In this document: positions 36,969 to 47,156 of the stretch, in pieces | How the letters are laid out: each line of letters begins with the position of its first letter | Numbering within the stretch: position 1 is the stretch's first letter | Assembly (NCBI GenBank): GCA_040397175.1 | Contig: JBBAWM010000003.1 | Span: 83,599 to 147,598 of the forward strand | Source: Candidatus Limnocylindrus sp. | GTDB lineage: Bacteria; Chloroflexota; Limnocylindria; Limnocylindrales; Limnocylindraceae | Direction of reading: 5' to 3' | Length of the DNA: 64,000 nucleotides | Made by a program: the position numbers and the translations under genes | The notes under the pieces: generated by a model | What the model was told of the DNA's origin: nothing | Seen by the model: only the letters and a program-made list of their open reading frames with translations | The model's database searches: none

Positions 36969-37772
36969 GTGCGCATGAGTAGTCAGCCACTCGCCATTGA
37001 ACTCGTTGACGTCACGGCCGGCTACGGTGATCGCGCGGCCGTTACCGGTGTTTCACTGAGCCTTGCGGCAGGGTCGCTCACCGCGATCTTTGGGCCAAAT
37101 GGTGGCGGGAAGTCCACGCTCCTAAAGTGCATCGCTGGGCTGATGCAGCCGTGGAGTGGCAGCGTGCAGGTACTCGGATCCGCCGTTGGCGTGCACGCGA
37201 AACGCGTGGCATATGTGCCGCAGGCTGAGCAGGTGGACTGGAGTTTCCCGGTCTCAGTTGGCGAGGTGGTGATGATGGGTCGTACGCCGGCGCTCGGGCC
37301 ACTCGGTCGACCTGGCGCAGCCGATCACGCTGCGGTTGCTGATGCGCTCGCGCGCGTTGATATGGTCGACCTTGCGCAGCGCCAAATCGGCGAACTCTCG
37401 GGTGGTCAGCGTCGCAGGGTCTTCTTGGCACGTGCGATCGCCGCCGATCCAGAGATCTATCTCCTCGACGAGCCTGTCACGGGCGTTGACCCCACGACGC
37501 AGGAGAAGATCATGAACATCCTGGACGCCGAGGCGGCGCGCGGTCGCACGGTCGTTGCCACCACGCATGATCTTGCCTGCGCCGCGCAGCGCTTCCACGA
37601 TGTGGTCGCCCTCGCTGGTCGCGTCGTTGCCCACGGCCCAGCACAACTTGTACTCGATCAGGGGGTTCTAGAGAAGACCTATGGCGGCCACCTCGTGCCA
37701 CTCGCCGGCGGTGGTGTGGTGCTACTCGATGACCCACACCACTCCCACGGCGCACATGAGGGCCACGAATGA
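36969..37772 (+). CDS. znuC: Zinc ABC transporter ATP-binding protein
   Basis: Walker A GPNGGGKST, ABC signature LSGGQRRR, Walker B LLDEP, His-rich C-terminus. Confidence 0.88.
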   Translation: MRMSSQPLAIELVDVTAGYGDRAAVTGVSLSLAAGSLTAIFGPNGGGKSTLLKCIAGLMQPWSGSVQVLGSAVGVHAKRVAYVPQAEQVDWSFPVSVGEVVMMGRTPALGPLGRPGAADHAAVADALARVDMVDLAQRQIGELSGGQRRRVFLARAIAADPEIYLLDEPVTGVDPTTQEKIMNILDAEAARGRTVVATTHDLACAAQRFHDVVALAGRVVAHGPAQLVLDQGVLEKTYGGHLVPLAGGGVVLLDDPHHSHGAHEGHE

Positions 37773-38635
37773 ACCCGCTCGATATTCTCCTTACGCCGCT
37801 CGGCTACGACTTCTTTGTTCGCGCCCTAATCGCGAGTGCGCTCGTTGGTGTCGCCTGTGCCATCGTTGGATCGTTCGTCGTACTCAAGGGGATGAGCTTC
37901 ATCGGCGACGCCGTCAGCCACGCCGCCTTCCCTGGCATCGTGATCGCCTACCTGATTGGGGCGCCGATCATCCTAGGAGGTGCGATTGCGGCCATCGGCA
38001 CTGCGCTCGGCATTGGTGCAATTACGCGCCGCTCTGGGCTTCGATCCGACGCCATCATTGGTGTTCTCTTCGCCGGCATGTTCGCGCTTGGCGTTGCGAT
38101 CTTCTCTTCAATCCCAAATTATGTTGGTGACCTCTTTCACTTCCTCTTCGGCGATGTGCTCGGCATTAGCGTTGGCGACCTGCTAGCGCTCACCCTGCTT
38201 GTGTTTGGTCTGCTACTTGTGCTGCGCCTCTTGTGGAAGGAGTTGCTCTTCAGCACCTTTGATCCACTCGGCGCCGGTGCAGCTGGGTTACCGGTTCGAC
38301 GCCTCGACGACCTGTTACTGATCCTGATCGCCGTAACGATCGTGATCAGCCTGCAAGCGGTTGGCATCGTGCTGGTGGTTGCCATGATCACCACGCCAGC
38401 GGCAACTGCTCAACTCGTCGTGAAGCGATTCACCGCAATGATCCAGGTGGCCGCACTTATCGGCGTCTCTGCTGCGGTTGTTGGGCTGTACCTGAGTTAT
38501 TCGCTCGACATCGCCTCTGGTGCAGCAATCGTCATCTTGGAGACACTGCTCTTCCTGCTGGTGCTTGCCGGTACTTCCATTCAAACTCGCCTCTCCGCCG
38601 CAAGGGGAGCCGCACGAGGCGCAGCAAAGAGCTAA
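37769..38635 (+). CDS. znuB: Zinc/manganese ABC transporter permease
   Basis: 288 aa with 8-9 TM helices typical of ABC-3 permeases. ATGA overlap with znuC. Confidence 0.85.
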   Translation: MNPLDILLTPLGYDFFVRALIASALVGVACAIVGSFVVLKGMSFIGDAVSHAAFPGIVIAYLIGAPIILGGAIAAIGTALGIGAITRRSGLRSDAIIGVLFAGMFALGVAIFSSIPNYVGDLFHFLFGDVLGISVGDLLALTLLVFGLLLVLRLLWKELLFSTFDPLGAGAAGLPVRRLDDLLLILIAVTIVISLQAVGIVLVVAMITTPAATAQLVVKRFTAMIQVAALIGVSAAVVGLYLSYSLDIASGAAIVILETLLFLLVLAGTSIQTRLSAARGAARGAAKS

Positions 38636-38642
38636 ATCGCCG

Positions 38643-39563
38643 CTAGCGCAGTCCTGCGAACAGGTCAGACTCTGGAAGTGCCGGTGACTCGGTAAGGCGG
38701 TTTCCGATCAGTCGATACTGCTCATACGCGCCAAGATCAATGTAATCCTGCTCGGTCAACATGAGCAGTGGCCCGTCGCTCTTGATCTGCGTGGCGTGTG
38801 CTTGAATCGCGCGACGCTTTGCGGCGAGGTGTTTTGTGATGTCAACGCGCGTCGTGATCAGCTCGTCTGGGCAGGCCATTGCCGCGCGCCACTGGCGCCA
38901 CTTCTCGAGCTCTTCTGGAGTCGACTCCTTTGGCTCGCTCCACCACGATTCGATGCCCCGCGATTCGAGAAGGGCCAACACCTTGTCGCGCTGTGAGTCT
39001 GGCGTGCGCACTTCGTACAGTTTCTTCGGCGTCCACGCCGGTCCAGCTTCTGGCCGCCACGCTGGATCACCAGCAACCTCCCATGCCCGACGAGCAACGC
39101 GCGCGGCGGCAATATGGTCGGGGTGGCCGTATCCACCAAAGTCGTCGTAGGTTGCGATCACGTCGGGCTGCACACGCCGAATAATGCGCACGAGGTGCTC
39201 AGCTGTGCCGTCGAGATCGTTGGTGCTGTGCTGGTGATACGAACGCGGATCCTCGTTCCCTGCGTCGCCAACCATGCCTGAGTCGCGGAAGCCGAGGTTC
39301 TCAAAGTGCGTGACGCCGAGTGCCGCCATGGCGGCGGCAATCTCGCCCATGCGGGTTTCGCCAAGGCGTTCGTGCGCTTCAGGGGTGTCCCACTCCGGAA
39401 TGACGATCTCACCGAGTTCGCCGCGGGTGCCGGTCACCACGTAGGTATCGGTGTTGGCGCTGTGGGCGGCGGCGTAGGTTGCGAGGGTTCCGCCCATGCT
39501 GATCGTCTCGTCGTCGGGGTGGGCGTGTACCGCCATGAGAATCAGTCGGCCGCTGCTATCCAT
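38643..39563 (-). CDS. PIG-L family N-acetylglucosaminyl deacetylase/amidase (MshB/Mca-like)
   Basis: LMAVHAHPDDE zinc-binding signature at the N-terminus, closely resembling mycothiol conjugate amidase/MshB starts. 306 aa. Confidence 0.75.
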   Translation of the reverse strand: MDSSGRLILMAVHAHPDDETISMGGTLATYAAAHSANTDTYVVTGTRGELGEIVIPEWDTPEAHERLGETRMGEIAAAMAALGVTHFENLGFRDSGMVGDAGNEDPRSYHQHSTNDLDGTAEHLVRIIRRVQPDVIATYDDFGGYGHPDHIAAARVARRAWEVAGDPAWRPEAGPAWTPKKLYEVRTPDSQRDKVLALLESRGIESWWSEPKESTPEELEKWRQWRAAMACPDELITTRVDITKHLAAKRRAIQAHATQIKSDGPLLMLTEQDYIDLGAYEQYRLIGNRLTESPALPESDLFAGLR

Positions 39564-39647
39564 GCCCTGATCGTACGCGCACAGGGCGGAGTGGGTCGGC
39601 TACCCTGACCCTACGCGGCGAGAGGCGCCGCACGAGGGAGGTGCCTG

Positions 39648-40475
39648 ATGGGAGCAACCGATCCAAAGGTCCAGCGCTGGGCACTGATCCTGGGCGCCTC
39701 AAGCGGCATCGGCGAGGCCACCGCACGCCTGGCGGCCGAAGCTGGCTACAACATCTGCGGCGTCTACCTAGGCCGTTCCCGAGGCGAGAAGCTCGATGCG
39801 GCGATCGCCGCCGTGAAGGCGACCGGCGTCGAGGCCCTCTACATCCGCGGCAATGCCGCCGACGACGAGAAGCGCGGCGAGGTCATCGTCCAGCTGGCCG
39901 AGAGGTTCGCCGCGGCCCGCGCAGCCGGCCTCACTCCACAGCTCGGGATCGTCGTGCACTCACTGGCCTTCGGCAGCCTGCAGCCATTCCTTCCAGACGG
40001 CGAGACGCCGCTCATCACCCGGAAGCAGATGGATATGACCTCTGACGTCATGGCGCACTCACTCGTCTATTGGACACAAGATCTGTACGCAGCGGGCCTT
40101 ATCGGCAACACGACCCGTATCTTCGCCACCTCTTCAGAAGGCGCCTCGAAGGCAGTGCCGATGTATGGCGCCGTCTCTGCGGCGAAGGCCGCCGTTGAAG
40201 CCCACTGCCGCCAGCTCGCGCTAGAGCTTGCGCGCCTGGTGCCAGGCGCAACCGTGACGGCACTTCGCCCAGGCGTCGTCGATACCCCGGCCCTTCGCAA
40301 GATTCCAGGAAGCCAAGATTGGATCGACGTCGTCATGAAGAAGCATCCAGGGAAGCGGCTCACCACTCCCGACGATGTTGGCAACGCGATCGTTGCCCTC
40401 TCGGCACCAGGCATGCACTGGGTCACGGGCAACACCATCACGATTGATGGCGGCGAGCAGATCGCCGGGGGCTGA
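39648..40475 (+). CDS. SDR-family oxidoreductase
   Basis: ILGASSGIGEA cofactor-binding motif; YxxxK-equivalent region (MYGAVSAAKAA). Confidence 0.75.
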   Translation: MGATDPKVQRWALILGASSGIGEATARLAAEAGYNICGVYLGRSRGEKLDAAIAAVKATGVEALYIRGNAADDEKRGEVIVQLAERFAAARAAGLTPQLGIVVHSLAFGSLQPFLPDGETPLITRKQMDMTSDVMAHSLVYWTQDLYAAGLIGNTTRIFATSSEGASKAVPMYGAVSAAKAAVEAHCRQLALELARLVPGATVTALRPGVVDTPALRKIPGSQDWIDVVMKKHPGKRLTTPDDVGNAIVALSAPGMHWVTGNTITIDGGEQIAGG

Positions 40476-40479
40476 TCCG

Positions 40480-41820
40480 TTAGAATCCCGTATCGCCGCG
40501 CCAGCGGATTCGATACGCGAGGTACCACGCAACTGGAATTGCGAAGGCCAAGATGCTCAAGATTGGGCTGCTCGTTATTAGTCGTACGAGCCCAGCGAGC
40601 ACAGCACTCAAGCCAACAAGTGATTGGCCGCCATCTGGGTACCTATGTCGCGCTAACCGCCAGGCTGGTGCCAGAAGTACCGCCGCGCCAAAGATGAGCC
40701 ATATCGGGGCTGCAGCGACTGACACGAGGTCGACCAGCACCTCTACAAAGAGCGCTGCTATCCCCACCGCTATTACGCCGGCAACCAGTCCGATTCGCGG
40801 AAGTACTCGGCCCCGAACCGGTATTCGAGAACGAAGTGAGGAACCTCGCGCAACTTGCGAAGGGAATACAAGTAGCTGCGCAACGAGCGCACGGTTCGCC
40901 TGGACCACTAAGCGACGCTCTACAAAAGTGCGCCGCACAATAATCGTCAACAACATCAGCATCCAACCGATGTGGTGTCGAAGCAAAGTGCGCTTGATTG
41001 AGCCGATTGGAAGCTGGCTGGCTGCTACGTGCGCCGCTCCACGATGCCTTCTGCCTAGCTCGCGAACAGGCTCGCTCGTGCTCGTTGCAACTTTCACTTG
41101 AGATAAGCCGAACGCGGTGCGGATGGCACGGATGCCGGTCGCATTGCTCTCATGCTGTCGATAGAACGCGAGCGGCTTATCGATGCGCGTCACCCCACCA
41201 TATGCAGCTCCAACAAGGGAAAACCAGTGGTCGTGAAATCTTAGTGGCTCTGGTATGGAAGGGTGAAGCTTGGTCAGTTTGGAATCAACCACCATCGTAA
41301 AACCCGTAAGGATCGGATGAATAATGATCTCTTCAATGGTAAGTTTTGCTTTCATGATGGGGATGAATGAGTATATTGTCTCGCTCAAGACAAGATCTTC
41401 ATTGAAGATGTATGAATCTGAAGCGACGACCGACATTGGACCAGATATAGTGATCGCAGCAACACCTTCGGCAATCTTTTCAGGTAGCCAGATGTCGTCT
41501 TGATCGGCAAATGCGATTAGGTCAACGTTTTTCTCTGTAGCGAAGGCGATAGCCTTTTCAAAGTTTCTCCTTGCGCCTAATCGCTCTTCGTTCTCGACCC
41601 AGGTGAATCGAGCATCATGAAAGAACGGCTGGAGTCTGGGATGGTCTCGGATGTCACGTAGGGGCGAATCAATAGTGATAATGCAAATCCATTCCGCGTG
41701 GGTCTGCGCGACGATTGAGTTTAGTTGCTCAGCGAACCAGGTCGGATTCGGCTGGTATGCCGCGAGTGCAATCCCTACGGTGCGCGGATCCCACGGCTCG
41801 TGTTTGCCTCGTACACCCAT
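40480..41820 (-). CDS. Family-2 glycosyltransferase with C-terminal multi-helix membrane domain
   Basis: N-terminal GT-A fold (QDDIW DxD motif) followed by 4-5 TM helices. The catalytic-domain DNA has markedly lower GC than flanking sequence. Confidence 0.7.
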   Translation of the reverse strand: MGVRGKHEPWDPRTVGIALAAYQPNPTWFAEQLNSIVAQTHAEWICIITIDSPLRDIRDHPRLQPFFHDARFTWVENEERLGARRNFEKAIAFATEKNVDLIAFADQDDIWLPEKIAEGVAAITISGPMSVVASDSYIFNEDLVLSETIYSFIPIMKAKLTIEEIIIHPILTGFTMVVDSKLTKLHPSIPEPLRFHDHWFSLVGAAYGGVTRIDKPLAFYRQHESNATGIRAIRTAFGLSQVKVATSTSEPVRELGRRHRGAAHVAASQLPIGSIKRTLLRHHIGWMLMLLTIIVRRTFVERRLVVQANRALVAQLLVFPSQVARGSSLRSRIPVRGRVLPRIGLVAGVIAVGIAALFVEVLVDLVSVAAAPIWLIFGAAVLLAPAWRLARHRYPDGGQSLVGLSAVLAGLVRLITSSPILSILAFAIPVAWYLAYRIRWRGDTGF

Positions 41821-41824
41821 GCTC

Positions 41825-42355
41825 TTAGCGCTCAGTGCTCAGGTATTCGGCAAGGGTTTGCATTGCGCGATCACGATCAGAGAGGTGCGGATGCTCAATT
41901 GGCCATGGAATTGCCAGGGTTGGGTCGTTCCAAATGATGCCCCGCTCGCCGGTGGACGAGCGGTGCTGGTCAACCTTGTACAAGACCAGGGCTGGCTCGC
42001 TCCCAACCACCGCAAACCCATGGGCGAATCCAGGGGGAACCCAGAGCGACTCGCCTCCGTCTGCGGAGAGCTCCGCCGCGACGTGCTGCCCGTAGGTTGG
42101 GGAGCCTGGACGAATGTCTGCGGCAACGTCAAAGATCCGGCCCTGGACACAACTCACGAGCTTCCCCTGCCCTGGCCCAACCTGGAAGTGAAGGCCTCGC
42201 AAAACCCCTGGGGCCGAGAGTGAAAGGTTGTCCTGCACAAATCGCACGTCGAATCCGGCATCCCGCAGGTTCGTCTCGTTATGCAACTCGGTAAACCAAC
42301 CGCGAGAATCCGCAAAGCGATCGCGCGTAATCAAGAGCACTTCAGGAATGTGCAT
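41825..42355 (-). CDS. rfbC: dTDP-4-dehydrorhamnose 3,5-epimerase
   Basis: Cupin fold; RGWFTE…LRGLHFQ motifs. Start at Met20 of the track ORF. Confidence 0.85.
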   Translation of the reverse strand: MHIPEVLLITRDRFADSRGWFTELHNETNLRDAGFDVRFVQDNLSLSAPGVLRGLHFQVGPGQGKLVSCVQGRIFDVAADIRPGSPTYGQHVAAELSADGGESLWVPPGFAHGFAVVGSEPALVLYKVDQHRSSTGERGIIWNDPTLAIPWPIEHPHLSDRDRAMQTLAEYLSTER

Positions 42356-42366
42356 GGGTTCAATTC

Positions 42367-43251
42367 TCACGAGCGCACCGCCCGCACTGCAATCGGCAGT
42401 GACTCTTCCCACGAACCAAGATGCAATCCCAACGCCACTGATTGGGCACAGTCAAGAACGCAATGCAGTGGCCGTTGTGCTGCGGAAATGTACGCGTCGG
42501 AAGAAATGTCTATCACTGGAACCGCACCTCTCAGCACGCCTTCGGCCACGCCAACGTCGATGATGGTTCGTGCAAATTCGGCTCGGCTTATAGCCCTCCC
42601 GCTTGCCAAGTGAATAATCCCCCCTGCAATGCTTGACGCTAGATCCGCATCTTGCGTGAGCCGTAACGTGGCTTGTGCAAGCGCTGGCGCAAAGGTGGGG
42701 CTGCCGCACTGATCAGCAACCATTGACAACGATGATTTTGTTGCAGCAAGTTGCAACACCTTGCGCACAAAGTCATTGGAGTTTCCGCCATACACCCACG
42801 ACGTACGGACGACCAGACCTCGTGGGTATGCCTCCCAAACGGCAATCTCTCCTGCTCGCTTTGACTCGCCGTATGCGTTGAGTGGTTCCGTTTGGTCACC
42901 TTCACGCCATGGCTTACCGTTGCCACTCGGAAAGACGTAATCCGTTGAGTAGTGCACAAATGGGATGCTGCGCTCCGCAGCCCATGCTGCAGCCCAGCCC
43001 GCTGCATCTCCGTTTACTGCAAATGCAAGGTCTCGCTCGCTCTCGGCGCGCTCTACATTGATGTACGCCGCTGCATTAATCAGCGCGCATGCAGGTCCCG
43101 CGTTGTTGAGCGCGCTGACGAGCTCGGAACGGACGGTAATGTTTGCTTCTCGGCGTGTGATGCCAACACCTGCGTCACCGAGTTGCGCCATAAGTGCCGA
43201 GCCCACCTGCCCAGCTGCACCGAGGACAATCGTGCGTGGGGTTCCATTCAT
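42367..43251 (-). CDS. rfbD: dTDP-4-dehydrorhamnose reductase
   Basis: GAAGQVG Rossmann start and YSTDYVF catalytic region. Confidence 0.85.
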   Translation of the reverse strand: MNGTPRTIVLGAAGQVGSALMAQLGDAGVGITRREANITVRSELVSALNNAGPACALINAAAYINVERAESERDLAFAVNGDAAGWAAAWAAERSIPFVHYSTDYVFPSGNGKPWREGDQTEPLNAYGESKRAGEIAVWEAYPRGLVVRTSWVYGGNSNDFVRKVLQLAATKSSLSMVADQCGSPTFAPALAQATLRLTQDADLASSIAGGIIHLASGRAISRAEFARTIIDVGVAEGVLRGAVPVIDISSDAYISAAQRPLHCVLDCAQSVALGLHLGSWEESLPIAVRAVRS

Positions 43252-44126
43252 CTCGCGATCGCCTCCGCCACTGAACGCAGGCGCTGCGCATACGCCTCAG
43301 ATGGTGTCTGCTCCACAATGTCGAGATAGGCGTCACGATCAATGTAGCCGCGTCGATAGGCAGCGATCTCGACGTAACCAAATTCACTGGCTTGTTCGCG
43401 CGTTGCAGTTTGCACTGCAATCGCAGCGGAAACAAGAGCATCTGGTGTTCCAGCGTCAATCCACTGCACATCTTCTGAAATCACGACGTGGCGCAACTGA
43501 CTGGCCTGCAGGTACGCCGCATTGATGTCGGTAATTTCGAGCTCGTTGCGCGCGGAGCGTGGCAGTTGCTCGGCAATTGATACGACGTCCGGGCCATAGG
43601 TATAGAGCCCGGTGATGGCGAGTCTGGACCGTGGCGCTACGGGTTTTTCAACGATCGACATGATGGCTCCATCTGGGCCAATTTCGGCAACGCCAAAACG
43701 CTCAGGGTCGGGCACCTCCTTCAGGTAGATCTGAGCGCCTCCCGAAAAGGTTGCGAGGTTTTCCGCAATTCTGACGCTCATCTTTTCGCCAATGAACATG
43801 TTGTCACCAAGAATCAGGGTGACCGGCTGATCTCCAATGAACTCCTTGCCGATCAGAAAGGCCTCGGCAATTCCGCCCGGATTCGGCTGCTCCGCATACG
43901 TGAGCGTGAGGCCAAGGTGGGCTCCGTCCCCCAGGAGAGCCTGGATGGCAGGCAGGTCGCGTGGGGTGCTAACGATCAGGATCTCGCGGATGCCGCCGGT
44001 CACGAGGGTCCAGATTGGGTAGTAGATCATCGGCTTGTCGTACACGGCGAGGAGCTGCTTGCTTACGCTCTTCGTGGCTGGGTAGAGGCGACTCCCACCA
44101 CCGCCGGCGAGCACGATCCCTCTCAT
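43248..44126 (-). CDS. rfbA: Glucose-1-phosphate thymidylyltransferase
   Basis: MRGIVLAGGGGSRLYPATKSVSKQLL signature. Confidence 0.92.
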   Translation of the reverse strand: MRGIVLAGGGGSRLYPATKSVSKQLLAVYDKPMIYYPIWTLVTGGIREILIVSTPRDLPAIQALLGDGAHLGLTLTYAEQPNPGGIAEAFLIGKEFIGDQPVTLILGDNMFIGEKMSVRIAENLATFSGGAQIYLKEVPDPERFGVAEIGPDGAIMSIVEKPVAPRSRLAITGLYTYGPDVVSIAEQLPRSARNELEITDINAAYLQASQLRHVVISEDVQWIDAGTPDALVSAAIAVQTATREQASEFGYVEIAAYRRGYIDRDAYLDIVEQTPSEAYAQRLRSVAEAIAR

Positions 44127-45163
44127 GCATTCACCGCAGCAGATCCCTGCGCGCGAACACGCTCCACGTGCCAGATCACCGTAGCCTTAAGTGCCTCAGC
44201 GAACTGATGCTGTGGAGCGTAGCCAAGCTCGCTCTCAGCCCGCGCACCATCAATCGCATATCGATAGTCATGTCCGAGGCGATCCGCCACAAACTTGATC
44301 TGCGACGCGTACGACGCGCCGTCGCTTCGTGGCGCAACCTCGTCGAGAATCTGACAAATCTCGCGAGCGAGCGCAAGATTGGAACGTTCGTTTCCTCCGC
44401 CGAATGCATAGTGGCCACCGGGAACGCCACGCTCAAGTGCCTGTATCACGCCACTCACGTGGTCTTCCACGTAGATCCAATCACGAACATTTGTGCCGTC
44501 TCCATAGATTGGAAGGGTTTCTCCAGCGAGTGCTCGGTGCACGAGATTTGGAATGAGTTTCTCGGGGTATTGGTACGGGCCGAAATTGTTGGTGCAATAG
44601 GTTGTAATCGTTGGCAAGCCGTACGTGTGGTGCCATGCCGAGACGAGGTGGTCGGCCGCCGCCTTTGATGCTGAGTACGGTGAACGTGGGTCATATGGGC
44701 TCTCTTCTGTAAAGTGACCGGTTTCGCCAAGGCTTCCAAACACTTCGTCAGTAGAGATCTGTATAAATCGGAAGCGCTGCGCGTCGTCCGCGCTTAGCTG
44801 TTGAAAGCGCGCGAGTGAAGCGTTCAGAATGGAATACACGCCCAGGATATTGGTTTGCATAAAGGATTCGGGGTCGGCAATAGAACGATCGACATGTGAT
44901 TCAGCGGCAAAGTTAACGACGGTATCAACGGCGTGACGCTGTAGCAGTTCAGCAACAAGCGCCGCGTCTGTAATGTTCCCTCGCACAATCTCTATGTCGC
45001 TGCGTCCGGCGAGCGACGTTGGATCTGCCGCATACGTCATTGCATCAAGTACAACAACACGGTTACCAGCGCTTGCTGCGCGCTTTGCAAAAGCGCTGCC
45101 GATAAAACCAAGCCCGCCGGTCACGAGCAAAGATCGCTGGTTTGTTGTGGCAGGCATGTTCAT
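44123..45163 (-). CDS. rfbB: dTDP-glucose 4,6-dehydratase
   Basis: TGGLGFIGS Rossmann motif; YSASK catalytic motif. Confidence 0.92.
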   Translation of the reverse strand: MNMPATTNQRSLLVTGGLGFIGSAFAKRAASAGNRVVVLDAMTYAADPTSLAGRSDIEIVRGNITDAALVAELLQRHAVDTVVNFAAESHVDRSIADPESFMQTNILGVYSILNASLARFQQLSADDAQRFRFIQISTDEVFGSLGETGHFTEESPYDPRSPYSASKAAADHLVSAWHHTYGLPTITTYCTNNFGPYQYPEKLIPNLVHRALAGETLPIYGDGTNVRDWIYVEDHVSGVIQALERGVPGGHYAFGGGNERSNLALAREICQILDEVAPRSDGASYASQIKFVADRLGHDYRYAIDGARAESELGYAPQHQFAEALKATVIWHVERVRAQGSAAVNA

Positions 45164-45165
45164 AG

Positions 45166-45840
45166 CTAAATCACGGTGCCGAGGAGCTTCCGTACGTTTT
45201 CCGCCGCCTCAACGAGCACTGGGGTCTCATCATCCGGTGTCAGCCCGGTGAATCGTGTCTCAACCCCAAGTACGCCAGCCCACACCTGCTCTTGACTATC
45301 GTCTGGATTATCGTGCACCCCACCCGAGCGGATCTTCCCGGATGCTTCGGTGATCGTCATACCGAGTAGTGTCGTGGCCTTCAGCTCCTGATCGGTAGAG
45401 GCGCGTAAGTCAGCGGAGCGACCAGGCACGAGCTTGTCGACGAAGGCGTCCAGCTGCACGACCTTCTCGGCACCAGTGATCTCTTCACAGACGCCGAAGA
45501 GCGTCGCCGAGCGATAGTTAAACGAGCTATCGAATCCGCTACGTGCCAACACGATGCCGTCGGTCAGGTGAATAGAGACCGATACCTCGGTCCCAATGAC
45601 CGACTTCAGGAAGCGGCTGGCCGCCGAGCCGTGCCAGTAGAGGCGGTCGCCATCACGCCAATGCGCCGTTGCGGTGGCGTGCGGGCGGCCATCGAGGAGG
45701 TAGGCGACGGTGCAGGTGAGGGCGGCGTCGACCACGGGGTAGATGTCAGCCCGCTCGTAGTGCCCACGCTCAGGGAGTCGCCGAACGCGTGTGCGCTCAC
45801 TAGGCGGGAAACCATCGGTTACAGGGATCTCACGAGGCAT
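45166..45840 (-). CDS. Pyridoxamine 5'-phosphate oxidase-like FMN/F420-binding split-barrel protein
   Basis: 224 aa, PNPOx-like fold inferred from sequence pattern. Function unknown. Confidence 0.55.
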   Translation of the reverse strand: MPREIPVTDGFPPSERTRVRRLPERGHYERADIYPVVDAALTCTVAYLLDGRPHATATAHWRDGDRLYWHGSAASRFLKSVIGTEVSVSIHLTDGIVLARSGFDSSFNYRSATLFGVCEEITGAEKVVQLDAFVDKLVPGRSADLRASTDQELKATTLLGMTITEASGKIRSGGVHDNPDDSQEQVWAGVLGVETRFTGLTPDDETPVLVEAAENVRKLLGTVI

Positions 45841-45889
45841 GCCGCCATCGTAGGCGAGCAGCGATTCGTTGAGGGAGGATCAGGTTTCC

Positions 45890-45966
45890 TGGCGGACCCG
45901 ACCGGATTCGAACCGGCGATCTCCAGCGTGACAGGCTGGCATGTTGGGCCGCTACACCACGGGTCC
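45890..45966 (-). tRNA. tRNA-Asp (anticodon GTC)
   Basis: Reverse complement folds as GGACCCG acceptor (perfect 7 bp), anticodon stem-loop CCAGC-CTGTCAC-GCTGG, T-loop GGTTCGAATCC, CCA encoded. Confidence 0.85.
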
Positions 45967-46009
45967 GCGACAGGACTGCGAAGCCTACCAGAGGGGGTAG
46001 GATCCGACT

Positions 46010-47143
46010 ATGGGATATGGGGCGGACGCAGCATCACGAGGCGGCGGGGCCGGCCGTATCGACCTGCGCTCCGACACGGTGACCCACCCTACCCCAGAGA
46101 TGCGCCGCGCCATGGCTGAGGCGGAAGTCGGCGACGACGTCTTTGAGGACGACCCGACCGTCGCCGCCCTTGAGCAGCGCGCCGCAGACCTTCTCGGCAA
46201 GGAGGCGGGTCTCTTTGTCGCTTCGGGCACCATGGGGAACCTCGTCTCGGTCATGGCCCACGTGCCACGCGGCGGCGAGATCATCACCCCCGCAGAAGGG
46301 CACATTCCAAACGACGAGGCGGCCAACTACGCGGTGGTCGCCGGCGCTGGTCTTCGCACCGTCCGAGAGAACTCCAACGGTGAGATGCCGATCGCCGATG
46401 TGATTGACGCAATTCAGGACGCATCCGATCCGCACAGCGCGATCACCTCACTCGTCATCGTCGAGAACTGCCACGCGCATACATTTAGTCGGCCGATTAC
46501 ACCCGCGTACATGCGCGAGCTTCGCGCGGCGCTGAAGCCGCACGGTATTCCGATCCACGTCGATGGCGCGCGCCTCTTCAATGCGGTTGTTGGGCTCGGC
46601 GTCTCTGCACGTGAGCTCGCTGCCGATGCTGACAGCGTGACCTTCTGCCTTAGCAAGGGTCTCGCTGCACCGATTGGCAGTGTTGTCGTTGGCAGCAAAG
46701 AGTTCATCTGGAAGGCGCGACGCGCGCGCAAGTTACTTGGCGGCGGCATGCGACAGGTGGGTGTGCTTGCGGCTGCCGGCCTCGTCGCACTCTCTGATGG
46801 ACCAGAGGGCACGGTGAAGCGACTTGCCGAGGATCACGTCAACGCACGTCGCCTGGCGACCGAGATCGCAGCGCTGCCGGATGTGATCTCCCCAGGACAT
46901 AATGCGCAGCGAGAAGGCGAGCGGCTGGACCCTTCGCGCGTCGTCACGAATTTTGTGATCTTTAAGGTTACTGGCGGCATCCCGCGCCGCACACGTTTCC
47001 TTGACGCGCTAGAGAAGCGCGGCGTGCTGATGGTTGCATACACGCACGGACAGATTCGTGCGGTAACGCACTACGGTATTGGTGATGATGAGATCACCAA
47101 GACGATCGCGGCGACAGCTGCAGCACTGACCGAAACCGCGTAG
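46010..47143 (+). CDS. ltaE: Low-specificity L-threonine aldolase (PLP-dependent beta-eliminating lyase family)
   Basis: [36 protein letters not shown]-terminal signature and PLP-lysine region ([13 protein letters not shown]). Confidence 0.82.
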   Translation: MGYGADAASRGGGAGRIDLRSDTVTHPTPEMRRAMAEAEVGDDVFEDDPTVAALEQRAADLLGKEAGLFVASGTMGNLVSVMAHVPRGGEIITPAEGHIPNDEAANYAVVAGAGLRTVRENSNGEMPIADVIDAIQDASDPHSAITSLVIVENCHAHTFSRPITPAYMRELRAALKPHGIPIHVDGARLFNAVVGLGVSARELAADADSVTFCLSKGLAAPIGSVVVGSKEFIWKARRARKLLGGGMRQVGVLAAAGLVALSDGPEGTVKRLAEDHVNARRLATEIAALPDVISPGHNAQREGERLDPSRVVTNFVIFKVTGGIPRRTRFLDALEKRGVLMVAYTHGQIRAVTHYGIGDDEITKTIAATAAALTETA

Positions 47144-47156
47144 CGCTGCGCAGCCG

